Positions 8,412 through 16,738 of a stretch of 64,000 nucleotides of DNA are shown piece after piece; the stretch's first letter is position 1, and each line of letters begins with the position of its first letter. The position numbers and the translations under genes were made by a program. The DNA comes from Candidatus Cloacimonadota bacterium (lineage in GTDB: Bacteria > Cloacimonadota > Cloacimonadia > Cloacimonadales > Cloacimonadaceae), in contig JAKQNZ010000168.1 in assembly GCA_029565535.1 (NCBI GenBank), forward strand, positions 4,635 through 68,634, in the 5' to 3' direction. Below the pieces are notes generated by a model, which saw nothing but the letters and a program-made list of their open reading frames with translations, did not search any database and was not told the origin of the DNA.

Positions 8412-11400
8412 TTCAGCAAGAGCATCTTTTTGGTTAGCTGGTCATTTGCGGCTGTTAAGCGATAATAATATACGCCGCTGGCAACAAGCTGGTTTCTGGC
8501 ATCCTTGCCATCCCACACCAAACGATGAACCCCAGATGCCAGATCAGAATTGACCAGGGTTTTAACAAGCTGGCCCTTCAGATTGAATATATCCAGCCTT
8601 ACGGACTGACTGGAAGGCAGAGAGAAGCTGAGAGTAGTCTCAGGATTGAAGGGGTTGGGATAATTATCGAACAAAGCCAATGCAGGCAATTCGGGTACGA
8701 TCTCATCACAGTTTGGCACCACGCCGGCAATCTGCACATCGTCGATGTACCAGCCTTCTCCTCCCACGTAGCCGTCACTGCCAAACACCCATCTGAACTG
8801 AGCTGTGCCACTGATGTTGCCAAGCTCGAAGATAGCTTCTGTCCAGGAAAAATCGCCGGAATATACCGGAGTGTTAGCTGCAAAGGGTGAAGCATTATTG
8901 TTATAGATTTGATAGGGATAGCCGCCTTGAGGCGTGATCTGGGTCCAGGAACCGCCATTCAGACTCATCTGAACCATACCGCCGTCCCAGGCGTAGCTTG
9001 GGTTGCTGTGAGTTTCAGCTTCCATCCAATGGAAGAACTTTAGCTGGCAGCCAGGACTAACATTCATGACGGGGCTGAGTAATGCTCCATAGGCCGAACC
9101 GGAATAAGTGGCGGTGGTTGTGCTGCCAAACTTCATGGCATACTGGCCGTTGGGAGTGTGATTGCGTACGTTCGACCGGTGCCATTGGTTGGTAAAGTTC
9201 TGGTTCAAAACTATGGAATCCCAGCCCTGAAAATCGGGCTCGAAACCATAACTGATAGTGCCGACATGGATGAGGAAGGTTCCCTCTACCACATCGCCAT
9301 TCTCAGAATTCAGGATGTAGCTGATGGGAATGCTGCTTCCCATCTCGGCTCCCTCCAGAATCTGGACGCTGATAATATCATTCTGGGTAAGAGTCCCGTT
9401 ATGCGGAATGTATTGCAGGCATAATTCATATTGATTCAGTATGGCATAAGGCGAATCTGTGAAGAGAATCATCAGAGGGTTATAACAATTACCGCTGCCG
9501 TTGTTTGATACCGTAATACTGATAGTGGGAGTCTGGCCAGGGTTGATAACCTGGGTTGCATTGTTCACCTGATACGAATCGACGCTCAGATGCGGCGCAT
9601 TCAGGGTAATGTATGCGGTGGATTGGGAGCTGTAGCCGGCATAACTGGCCGCGAAACTTAGCGGAGCCCGCGTCCCGTCTGTGAAGCTACCTCTGATGCC
9701 AAAACTCAGAACCGCCACGATCTGCAATGAATCACCGCTGGCTAGGGCATTGAAACTGGTAGTGCCATTCAAAATCTGGAGATTGGGGCTGCTGCTGGAA
9801 AGGGTAACGGTGCCGCTTTCCGTAAGATCGACCAAGCCCACGTTTTTCACATGGAAATTGATGAGAACATTCTCTCCTGTGTGATATAAGCCATCTGGAT
9901 CGTTAAACTGAACGTTGTTGCACACGATGTAAGGCATTTGAGCCGCACTGACCTGAATTGTGTTTTGGTAGCTGTAAAAATTTGGAGCGTTGATGTATAC
10001 TTGGTAGGCTCCGGGAGTAAGCGCTTCCAAAAGGCTTAAATTAATCAGCCCGTCCTGGTTTGCCTGGGTAGAAACAATCGTGGTGCCATCCTGTTTCAGG
10101 ATGAATTCGGCATTAGGTGCATTGGTGCTGATCTGATAGTTGTTTACTCCAACCAGCCATTGGTCGGGAAAATTGGCTACCACGGTTTGGGGTGTGTCTG
10201 TCCAAAGCATCATGGCTGGATCGCCAAAGAGATTTGTTTCATAGGTAACCCAATGCATCACCGGAGTATTACTGATATAGGGAATATTGTCTATCTTGCT
10301 ATCCACCAGAGTATAGCCAAGCTCCAGGATATTTTCGCCAAACACAGCGTCCATATACTGGCGATGCAGATATTGGGATGCGCCATCGGTGCTCCCCTGC
10401 ATACCCCAGCCATAACGTGAATGAGCTATCATGGCCACTGGGCCGGTTGTAATGGACATCAATTTTTCTGTGATGCAATCGCTCGTATAGCTACCAGCCT
10501 GGGTTTCCCGGTTGTCGAAGGCACCTGAGTAGCAACCTTGGGTAAAGTATGTGGAAAAGTTATGATTACTACCGTTATTAGTAATAGAGGTAGCGCTGGC
10601 TTGATTGTTTGATAAGCGCATCGTATAGGTGGTATTGGAATGGCCCAGATGATTCACGAAGTTCGGTCCCTGACTAAGCAATGGTCTGATATCATTTGCA
10701 TCCCAGGATTCCTCTGCTCCATAGGTACGGTCATAGAGCGTAGTAATATTCCAGGTAGTGGGAACACCCACGGTCGTATATCCGTGCATACTGCTTCCCC
10801 CTATCATTTCGTCCATATAGTCGCCACCCCAGGTAGGGCCGTCCCACAGCCATTCTCCAGCAAAAAAAGCACTTTTGATCTCTGCTTCCACAGGTACTAT
10901 CATATAGCTCAATACCTTGTTGATAAAGGTAGCGATATCTGTATCGCTATTGTAACAAGCTCTGCCAATGGCAAGCTCGGGAGCCAGATCAGCTTCGTAG
11001 CTTTCACCCCAGTAGGTATCGTTATCGTTGTTCCAGGTACCGTCCAGGCAGGAATAATACATGTCGGCAGGGATATCAGCATCGCTTTCGCTGCCATTAC
11101 CAAGATTTACGTAGAAACCGCGATGGGGTATTATGTCGGTATCTCCCGCCAATAGCACATATCGCAAGGGATTGGTGGAATATAGTGATATGATGTAATT
11201 ACGCAGTTTTTCCTGGGTATCGGCTCCTGTGCCAGTGGCCGTGATTTCATTGATTGATTTGATCAGGACATTGCGACCCCGGTCATTATGTAAGCTTCTA
11301 AGCGGTTCCCAGTTTGAAATCTTGTTCTGATCACAAACGATCAAATATTCCACGCCAGTTTCCCGGGTTCTGGCAGATTGGATTGCCTCGGGATTGTCGA

Positions 11401-11989
11401 TGCTGTTGCGAAGTCTGGCCGCGGTAAGCGGATCTTGTTTCAGCAGTTGCAAGGCATTGGAAGCTCTGTTGCTGGCATTGTAATCGATGTTTATACTGAG
11501 AGTCTGGTAGTAAACAAGTTCATTTTTGGCAGGATAATAGGCAAATGGACTAACTGCGCTAAAGGCAATCGGATTCCCGCTCAGAAAATGGGTTTGCAGT
11601 CCGTTGTACAGCTGTTCCGGATAGGGATCGGTTGAGCCATACACATTTGGTAATGGCTCCGTGCGAGCCTCAAGCACGGTATGGGAGAATGGATATTGTT
11701 TTTGCAAGGGGGCGATGGGCTTCTCCAAGGCATATACAATTGGATTTGAGCGGTTAACGCTAATCTGTTCAGCTTCAAAGCCAGCAGGAAGAAGTACCTT
11801 CACTCCATACCAGGGTAAAGCCGGCAATCCTGGTTCACCCCAGTTCTGGGCATCTTTCAAAAGAACTTCCGTGTATTGAGTTCCAGTAGTGATTTTCGGA
11901 GCCTGGAGGTTGTATTGAACGTTCACTCCAGCAGTTAGAATTGCCGCCATACTCAATATAACAGCACACAGTAATAGGTTTCTCATCAT
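8408..11989 (-). CDS. Peptidase C25 (gingipain-like) with a T9SS-type C-terminal sorting domain
   Basis: Signal peptide, 'VLLAGDTDIIPHRGF', candidate catalytic 'NHLGHSN' and 'TQGCYSGAFD'. C-terminus 'NYPNPFNPETTLSF...GVYYYRL...KKMLLLK'. Confidence 0.75.
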   Translation of the reverse strand: MMRNLLLCAVILSMAAILTAGVNVQYNLQAPKITTGTQYTEVLLKDAQNWGEPGLPALPWYGVKVLLPAGFEAEQISVNRSNPIVYALEKPIAPLQKQYPFSHTVLEARTEPLPNVYGSTDPYPEQLYNGLQTHFLSGNPIAFSAVSPFAYYPAKNELVYYQTLSINIDYNASNRASNALQLLKQDPLTAARLRNSIDNPEAIQSARTRETGVEYLIVCDQNKISNWEPLRSLHNDRGRNVLIKSINEITATGTGADTQEKLRNYIISLYSTNPLRYVLLAGDTDIIPHRGFYVNLGNGSESDADIPADMYYSCLDGTWNNDNDTYWGESYEADLAPELAIGRACYNSDTDIATFINKVLSYMIVPVEAEIKSAFFAGEWLWDGPTWGGDYMDEMIGGSSMHGYTTVGVPTTWNITTLYDRTYGAEESWDANDIRPLLSQGPNFVNHLGHSNTTYTMRLSNNQASATSITNNGSNHNFSTYFTQGCYSGAFDNRETQAGSYTSDCITEKLMSITTGPVAMIAHSRYGWGMQGSTDGASQYLHRQYMDAVFGENILELGYTLVDSKIDNIPYISNTPVMHWVTYETNLFGDPAMMLWTDTPQTVVANFPDQWLVGVNNYQISTNAPNAEFILKQDGTTIVSTQANQDGLINLSLLEALTPGAYQVYINAPNFYSYQNTIQVSAAQMPYIVCNNVQFNDPDGLYHTGENVLINFHVKNVGLVDLTESGTVTLSSSSPNLQILNGTTSFNALASGDSLQIVAVLSFGIRGSFTDGTRAPLSFAASYAGYSSQSTAYITLNAPHLSVDSYQVNNATQVINPGQTPTISITVSNNGSGNCYNPLMILFTDSPYAILNQYELCLQYIPHNGTLTQNDIISVQILEGAEMGSSIPISYILNSENGDVVEGTFLIHVGTISYGFEPDFQGWDSIVLNQNFTNQWHRSNVRNHTPNGQYAMKFGSTTTATYSGSAYGALLSPVMNVSPGCQLKFFHWMEAETHSNPSYAWDGGMVQMSLNGGSWTQITPQGGYPYQIYNNNASPFAANTPVYSGDFSWTEAIFELGNISGTAQFRWVFGSDGYVGGEGWYIDDVQIAGVVPNCDEIVPELPALALFDNYPNPFNPETTLSFSLPSSQSVRLDIFNLKGQLVKTLVNSDLASGVHRLVWDGKDARNQLVASGVYYYRLTAANDQLTKKMLLLK

Positions 11990-12119
11990 GAACCAACCTT
12001 ACTTAGTTTATTTATCTTCTGTCTGATTATATCAGCAAGGCTTGTTCCAAAACTCAAGTTTTATTTGAAGTCAGGAGTATGGACTGCTAGAAAACAACAT
12101 TTAAGCCAGAACAACCTGA

Positions 12120-12845
12120 TTATTTAAGCTTTTGAACAGCCTCTGCCAGAGGAAGAACCTCCAAATTCTGTTGCTTTACAAAAGACAGGATTTCCCGAAA
12201 AACATCAATCGGGCAATTGGCATTATAAATTGAGTTAGGGTCCTCGATGCGGTGAAAGCCTATGATGATCAGGCTTTCGCCATTTATTATCCCTCTTTTG
12301 ATTCTATCGGTGATTATTTGCGCCGTCCACCCGCTCTGAAAAGGCAAATAGCCAAGAACATCCGGATCCAGGGGAACGTGCATGGCCAGGTCGGTACTGC
12401 CTCGTAGGTAGTCATAATGCGATTTGATTAGGGGGAAATAAGCTGCAGGACAAACACCTTTGGGAAGCGCAAATGACCTTGGATTGAACCCCCAGTTTAC
12501 CAGGTTCTGATAGTCCTGCTCGATGGCATAGGCTGCTTCGGAATAATCCAGCTCAGCCAAATCTTCGTGATTCAGGGTATGCCCCCCTATCTCCCAATTC
12601 CAGTCTTGATGTAACTCCTGCAATTGCTGCAAACTCAGCAATCCAGATGCCCCAATTGCGCCGGAATTTACAAAGCAGGTAGCTCTCCATCCATAATCGC
12701 TTAAGGCCTGTCTGGCAAGATGATATACATTGTGATGCTGGTCGTCGAAAGTGAAACAAATAATAGGACGGTCTGGCTTCGTCTGAGTAAAAAAAGTGCA
12801 TGAACCCAAACTAAGAGCAAGGATTATCCAAAGCCAGAACTTCAT
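12120..12845 (-). CDS. Polysaccharide deacetylase (NodB-homology) lipoprotein
   Basis: Chosen start gives 'MKFWLWIILALSLGSC' (signal plus lipobox). 'FTFDDQHHN' and 'GGHTLNHEDL' match NodB motifs 1 and 2. ATGA overlap with the upstream gene. Confidence 0.7.
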   Translation of the reverse strand: MKFWLWIILALSLGSCTFFTQTKPDRPIICFTFDDQHHNVYHLARQALSDYGWRATCFVNSGAIGASGLLSLQQLQELHQDWNWEIGGHTLNHEDLAELDYSEAAYAIEQDYQNLVNWGFNPRSFALPKGVCPAAYFPLIKSHYDYLRGSTDLAMHVPLDPDVLGYLPFQSGWTAQIITDRIKRGIINGESLIIIGFHRIEDPNSIYNANCPIDVFREILSFVKQQNLEVLPLAEAVQKLK

Positions 12846-13837
12846 AGCGCATATCTCAAGGCTGCCTGGAATCCCAAGCTGTAAACAGGATTTGAACCGC
12901 CAGTCATCTGCAACAGTAATCCAGCCCGTTGATCCGGAAGAAACTGCCAATCGCTGCTAAAGTAATAGCTTTCAACTTCTCCCCCAGCCACCCTGTCCCA
13001 ACGAAACCCTGGAGTAAAAACCAATTGCCTGTAGGATACCGACGCACCGGTTTCCACAAGCTTCGAAATCTGGCACATGGGTTCGCTTTCCCGATACTCT
13101 GCTTCTCCAAACACCTGAAGCCAGGGTCTGGCTTTCATCCTGCCCTGAACCAACAGATAGAAGGAATTGTGAGCTGGTGTTTCTTCATGTTCGAAAAAGC
13201 TGCTGACAGCCGTTTCGCAGATCAACTGATGATTGGATGAATCATTACTCAGCTTCAGAGAACTGATCGCAACCGGAGTATGCCAGTGGGTATCGTAGAT
13301 CCTGGCTTCCTGACTGACTGAATAGCTCAGCCTCAACGCCTCTAAAGTGTTCTGATAGCTTGCCTTCAGCATTAATTGATTTTGGGTATTTCCTCCGCTT
13401 TGCAACGAAAACCCAGCCAACGACAAACCCAAATAGTTAAACCTCGTGGCTTGGTAGCGGAAATCATCCTGAGTAGCTGAGATTACATGATATGGATTGG
13501 TTTGGTTGAGTTTGCCATAGCCGGTTAGACTGGAGGCTGCCTCAAAATGCAGAATCCCAGCCTGATAACCCAGTGCAAAGTCTTTTACCTCCAATTGATT
13601 GCTCAGAAAGCTTGCCCGGTTTTGTAGCCTGAACCGCATGGTGAGGGAGTTGACTTGCAGGGAATCAAGTCCCAAGCCAAGCCGGTAAAACTCCCTGAAC
13701 CGGTATTCTTTCTCTGTTTGTTCTTTATGGAAGCTAAGCTGATTATGCGAATCCCAACTAAGCACCAAGGGTAGATCAACAGCCTGCAGGCATGTTGTAA
13801 CAAGCCATAAGGCAAAAAGGAGCAGCGATTTACGCAT
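12842..13837 (-). CDS. Secreted beta-rich hypothetical protein, possibly outer-membrane
   Basis: 'MRKSLLLFALWLVTTCLQA' signal peptide, then alternating hydrophobic/polar beta-strand-like sequence. No motif recognised. An alternative TTG start lies at 13849. Confidence 0.4.
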   Translation of the reverse strand: MRKSLLLFALWLVTTCLQAVDLPLVLSWDSHNQLSFHKEQTEKEYRFREFYRLGLGLDSLQVNSLTMRFRLQNRASFLSNQLEVKDFALGYQAGILHFEAASSLTGYGKLNQTNPYHVISATQDDFRYQATRFNYLGLSLAGFSLQSGGNTQNQLMLKASYQNTLEALRLSYSVSQEARIYDTHWHTPVAISSLKLSNDSSNHQLICETAVSSFFEHEETPAHNSFYLLVQGRMKARPWLQVFGEAEYRESEPMCQISKLVETGASVSYRQLVFTPGFRWDRVAGGEVESYYFSSDWQFLPDQRAGLLLQMTGGSNPVYSLGFQAALRYAL

Positions 13838-13856
13838 CCGGTTCTGCAAGCGAAAT

Positions 13857-14471
13857 TCAGGAAACGAGCGCTACCCCGGCATGAAGAATCTGGCGAATTC
13901 GCTGGCCGATCGTATCGATATCCATCTCATTCTCCCCGGCCAGCCAGTTCCACAGAACAATGTCCATGCTGCCAACCAATAAAAGCGCAAGGGCTTCAGC
14001 GTCAATCGTTTTGATCTGATTTTCCTGAATTGCGGAAGTAGTAACCTCCTTTACAAAATCCAAATATTTTAGCAAGGGATTATAGCCAGGATTGCGACGG
14101 ATGAAATTCTCGTTTTGCCTTGCTTCCACAGCGATGAAACGGGCTATGTAGGGCTTCTCCTTTACCAAGGCCACATGATGCATAAAAAACTCATACAGCC
14201 GATCCATGTGATTGGATACCTCGGCAGTTCTATTGATAATCCCATTTATCTCTGTTTCTATTATCTCTTTCATGCAGTGCTGTAAAAGATCGTCTTTGCT
14301 GTCGAAGTAAACGTACACGGTTCCCAAGGCTACTCTGGCTTTTTTTGCCACATCGGCGATCGTAGCCTGATTTGAGCCTTTTCTGGCAAACACTTCTATG
14401 GCAGCATTCAGCAGCAATTCCCGTTTGTTTTGACGACCTGCTTTTCTCAAAGGTACATTATTTCTGGGCAT
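13857..14471 (-). CDS. TetR/AcrR-family transcriptional regulator
   Basis: N-terminal HTH 'ATIADVAKKARVALGTVYVYFDSKDDLL'. Size about 200 aa. Confidence 0.85.
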   Translation of the reverse strand: MPRNNVPLRKAGRQNKRELLLNAAIEVFARKGSNQATIADVAKKARVALGTVYVYFDSKDDLLQHCMKEIIETEINGIINRTAEVSNHMDRLYEFFMHHVALVKEKPYIARFIAVEARQNENFIRRNPGYNPLLKYLDFVKEVTTSAIQENQIKTIDAEALALLLVGSMDIVLWNWLAGENEMDIDTIGQRIRQILHAGVALVS

Positions 14472-14756
14472 GGCTCCTCCACTAAGCCTTGTTTATCTGT
14501 GATCACTCTTTTCTGTCCCTGGAAAATCTGTCAATCGCTATCCCGATTATTTTCCTGGTCTTTACTGCATCAAGCCAGTACCGGCAGTTGTTTCATATCA
14601 TCCTTGGTTATGCCAGCAACCCACATATTATCATAGGTTTACAACATTCCTCAAAAACAGGAAGTCCACTCTTTTCCGCGTGGAAAATATTCCACACCTG
14701 CATAATATTGGCATTAATATGTTATTTTGTCCAAAGGAACACTGCTTCTCAGAAAA

Positions 14757-15235
14757 CGCTGGAATTCCGATGTCCCCACCGGAATGGCTTACCCGGTGTC
14801 TTACCGGGTTATCAAACTGCCAGCGAGGACGCTGGAGCTCCATACGAAGGAATGTCGGTGTCCCCACCGGAATGGCTTACCCGGTATCTTACCGGGTTAT
14901 CAAACTGCCAGCGAGGACGCTAGCAGACCACTCCAGCGAGGACGCTGGAGCTCCATACGAAGGAGTTTCGGTGTCCCCACCGGAATGGCTTACCCGGTGT
15001 CTCACAGGGTTATCAAACTGCCAGCGAGGACGCTAGCAGACCACTCCAGCGAGGACGCTGGAGTTCCATACGAAGGAATTCCGGTGTCCCCACCGGAATG
15101 GTTTACCCGGTGTCTCACCGGGTTATCAAACTGCCAGCGAGGACGCTGGAGCTCCATACGAAGGAGTTTCGGTGTCTCTACCGGAATGGTTTACCCGGTG
15201 TCTCACAGGGTTATCAAACTGCCAGCGAGAACGCT
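14757..15235. repeat. Tandem array of 5 copies of an ~88-bp unit. Copy 1 carries a 15-bp deletion. Two junctions carry a 25-bp sub-repeat insert.
   Basis: Units at 14757-14829, 14830-14917, 14943-15030, 15056-15143 and 15144-15230. Inserts at 14918-14942 and 15031-15055. Each unit holds 2-3 short hairpins. Confidence 0.9.
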
Positions 15236-15253
15236 CATCCATTTTTCCTGTGC

Positions 15254-15287
15254 AAACAAAAACCCGGAACTGCAAGGCAATTCCGGG
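15254..15287 (-). terminator. Rho-independent terminator of gdhA
   Basis: Minus strand reads 'CCCGGAA-TTGCCTTGCAG-TTCCGGG' followed by 'TTTTTGTTTG', about 27 nt after the gdhA stop. Confidence 0.7.
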
Positions 15288-15313
15288 ATTATATGCTAGT
15301 TTGTTAGATATAT

Positions 15314-16651
15314 TTACACCAGACCTTGATCGCACATGGCATTGGCGACCTTCAGGAAACCAGCGATATTAGCGCCTTTCACATAGTTCACATAACCGTC
15401 TGCTTCCTTGCCGTTGTTGCGGCAGGCAGCGTGGATGTTTTTCATGATCTCATGCAAACGGGCGTCGACTTCGGTTCTGTTCCAGCCCAGGCGCATGGAG
15501 TTCTGGGTCATTTCCAGACCGCTAGTAGCTACGCCGCCTGCATTGGCAGCTTTTCCTGGAGCAAAGAGCATCCTGGCTTTCTGGAAGATTTCCACTGCTT
15601 CGGGAGTGCAGGGCATATTTGCAGCTTCAGTTACACAGATGCAGCCGTTGGCAACCAAGGCCTTGGCATCGTTGGCATCCAGTTCGTTCTGAGTAGCGCA
15701 GGGAATGGCAACATCCACCTTCACTTCCCAAGGACGTTTGCCGGCGAAGAACTTGGCATTCGGGAAAACATCGGCATAATCACACACGCGATCGTTGTTG
15801 GAAGCACGGAGCTCCAGCATGTAGTCTATCTTTTCGCCGCTGATGCCGTCTTCATCCAAAATGTAGCCGTCGGGACCGGAGAGAGTGATAACCTTTCCGC
15901 CCAGTTCGTTAATCTTTTGGGCAGCTCCCCAGGCAACGTTTCCAAAGCCGGAGAGAGCTACTTTCATTCCTTCGAAGCTCTTGCCCTGAGTTTTCAGCAT
16001 TTCTTCGGCAAAGTAAACCACACCAAAGCCTGTAGCTTCAGGACGGATGAGGCTTCCGCCCCAGTTTATGCCTTTACCGGTGAGTACGCCGGTAAATTCG
16101 TTTTTAAGCTTTTTATACATTCCGAACATGTAGCCGATTTCGCGTCCGCCCACGCCGATATCACCTGCGGGAACATCGGTGTCGGGACCGATATGACGAT
16201 AAAGCTCGGATATGAAAGACTGGCAGAAACGCATTATTTCAGCGTCGCTCTTGCCTTTGGCGTCAAAATCGCTACCACCTTTTCCTCCGCCCATAGGCAG
16301 GGTTGTAAGGCTGTTTTTGAAAATCTGCTCAAAGCCAAGGAACTTTAATATGGAGAGATTTACACTGGGGTGAAAACGCAGACCGCCCTTGTAAGGCCCG
16401 ATAGCGCTGTTAAACTGAACACGATAGCCGCGCTGTACGTGCACTTCACCTTTGTCGTCCATCCAGGGAACGCGGAAAATTATCACTCTTTCAGGTTCCA
16501 CAATGCGTTCAAGGATGTTTGCTTTCACGAAGCGGGGATTGCTCACATAAGCATCCCAAATGGTTTCGACAACTTCTTTAACTGCTTGCAAGAACTCGGG
16601 TTCGCCAGGGTTCTTGGCTGCGACTTTGGCCATGAAATCATGGATAGTCAT
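15314..16651 (-). CDS. gdhA: NADP-specific glutamate dehydrogenase
   Basis: 'GPYKGGLRFHPSVN', 'PMGGGKGGSDFDAKGKSD', 'SGFGNVAWGAA'. 445 aa. Confidence 0.95.
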   Translation of the reverse strand: MTIHDFMAKVAAKNPGEPEFLQAVKEVVETIWDAYVSNPRFVKANILERIVEPERVIIFRVPWMDDKGEVHVQRGYRVQFNSAIGPYKGGLRFHPSVNLSILKFLGFEQIFKNSLTTLPMGGGKGGSDFDAKGKSDAEIMRFCQSFISELYRHIGPDTDVPAGDIGVGGREIGYMFGMYKKLKNEFTGVLTGKGINWGGSLIRPEATGFGVVYFAEEMLKTQGKSFEGMKVALSGFGNVAWGAAQKINELGGKVITLSGPDGYILDEDGISGEKIDYMLELRASNNDRVCDYADVFPNAKFFAGKRPWEVKVDVAIPCATQNELDANDAKALVANGCICVTEAANMPCTPEAVEIFQKARMLFAPGKAANAGGVATSGLEMTQNSMRLGWNRTEVDARLHEIMKNIHAACRNNGKEADGYVNYVKGANIAGFLKVANAMCDQGLV

Positions 16652-16686
16652 TTCATTCCTCCAGTTATTATTTTGTTGTTTTTTCC

Positions 16687-16714
16687 ATCTTAATTAAAGG
16701 CCTTTTTATGTCAA
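16687..16714 (-). promoter_or_regulatory. Candidate sigma-70-type promoter for gdhA
   Basis: Minus strand reads TTGACA-N16-TAAGAT, about 35 nt upstream of the gdhA RBS (GGAGG). Confidence 0.3.
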
Positions 16715-16738
16715 GGACTCGTTTTTCCTGTCCGGATT

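Noticed and set aside
14757-15235. A CRISPR-array reading of the 14.8-kb repeats, and likewise of 63790-64000.
   Set aside because: - In the 14.8-kb array the units are contiguous with no unique spacers. The 25-bp inserts are identical to each other and duplicate junction sequence.
- In the 64-kb array the ~17-bp variable segments are diverged versions of each other and too short for spacers, and the 64-bp 'repeat' is too long.
- No cas genes are present in the window.
14489-15372. ORFs of 66-190 aa spanning the tandem array, with repeated 'PPEWLTRCLTGLSNCQRGR' peptides. These could be read as a repeat protein.
   Set aside because: - The unit lengths (88 and 113 bp) are not multiples of 3.
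- The same peptide motif therefore rotates through all three frames, and no single frame stays open across the array.
- No RBS or start context is present.
15326-16348. A 340-aa ORF on the + strand, antisense to gdhA.
   Set aside because: - It lies entirely inside the well-supported gdhA CDS.
- Its composition is low-complexity and Gly/Ala/Val-rich, and it has no RBS or recognisable motif.
- Long stop-free antisense frames opposite glutamate dehydrogenase genes are a known codon-bias artefact.
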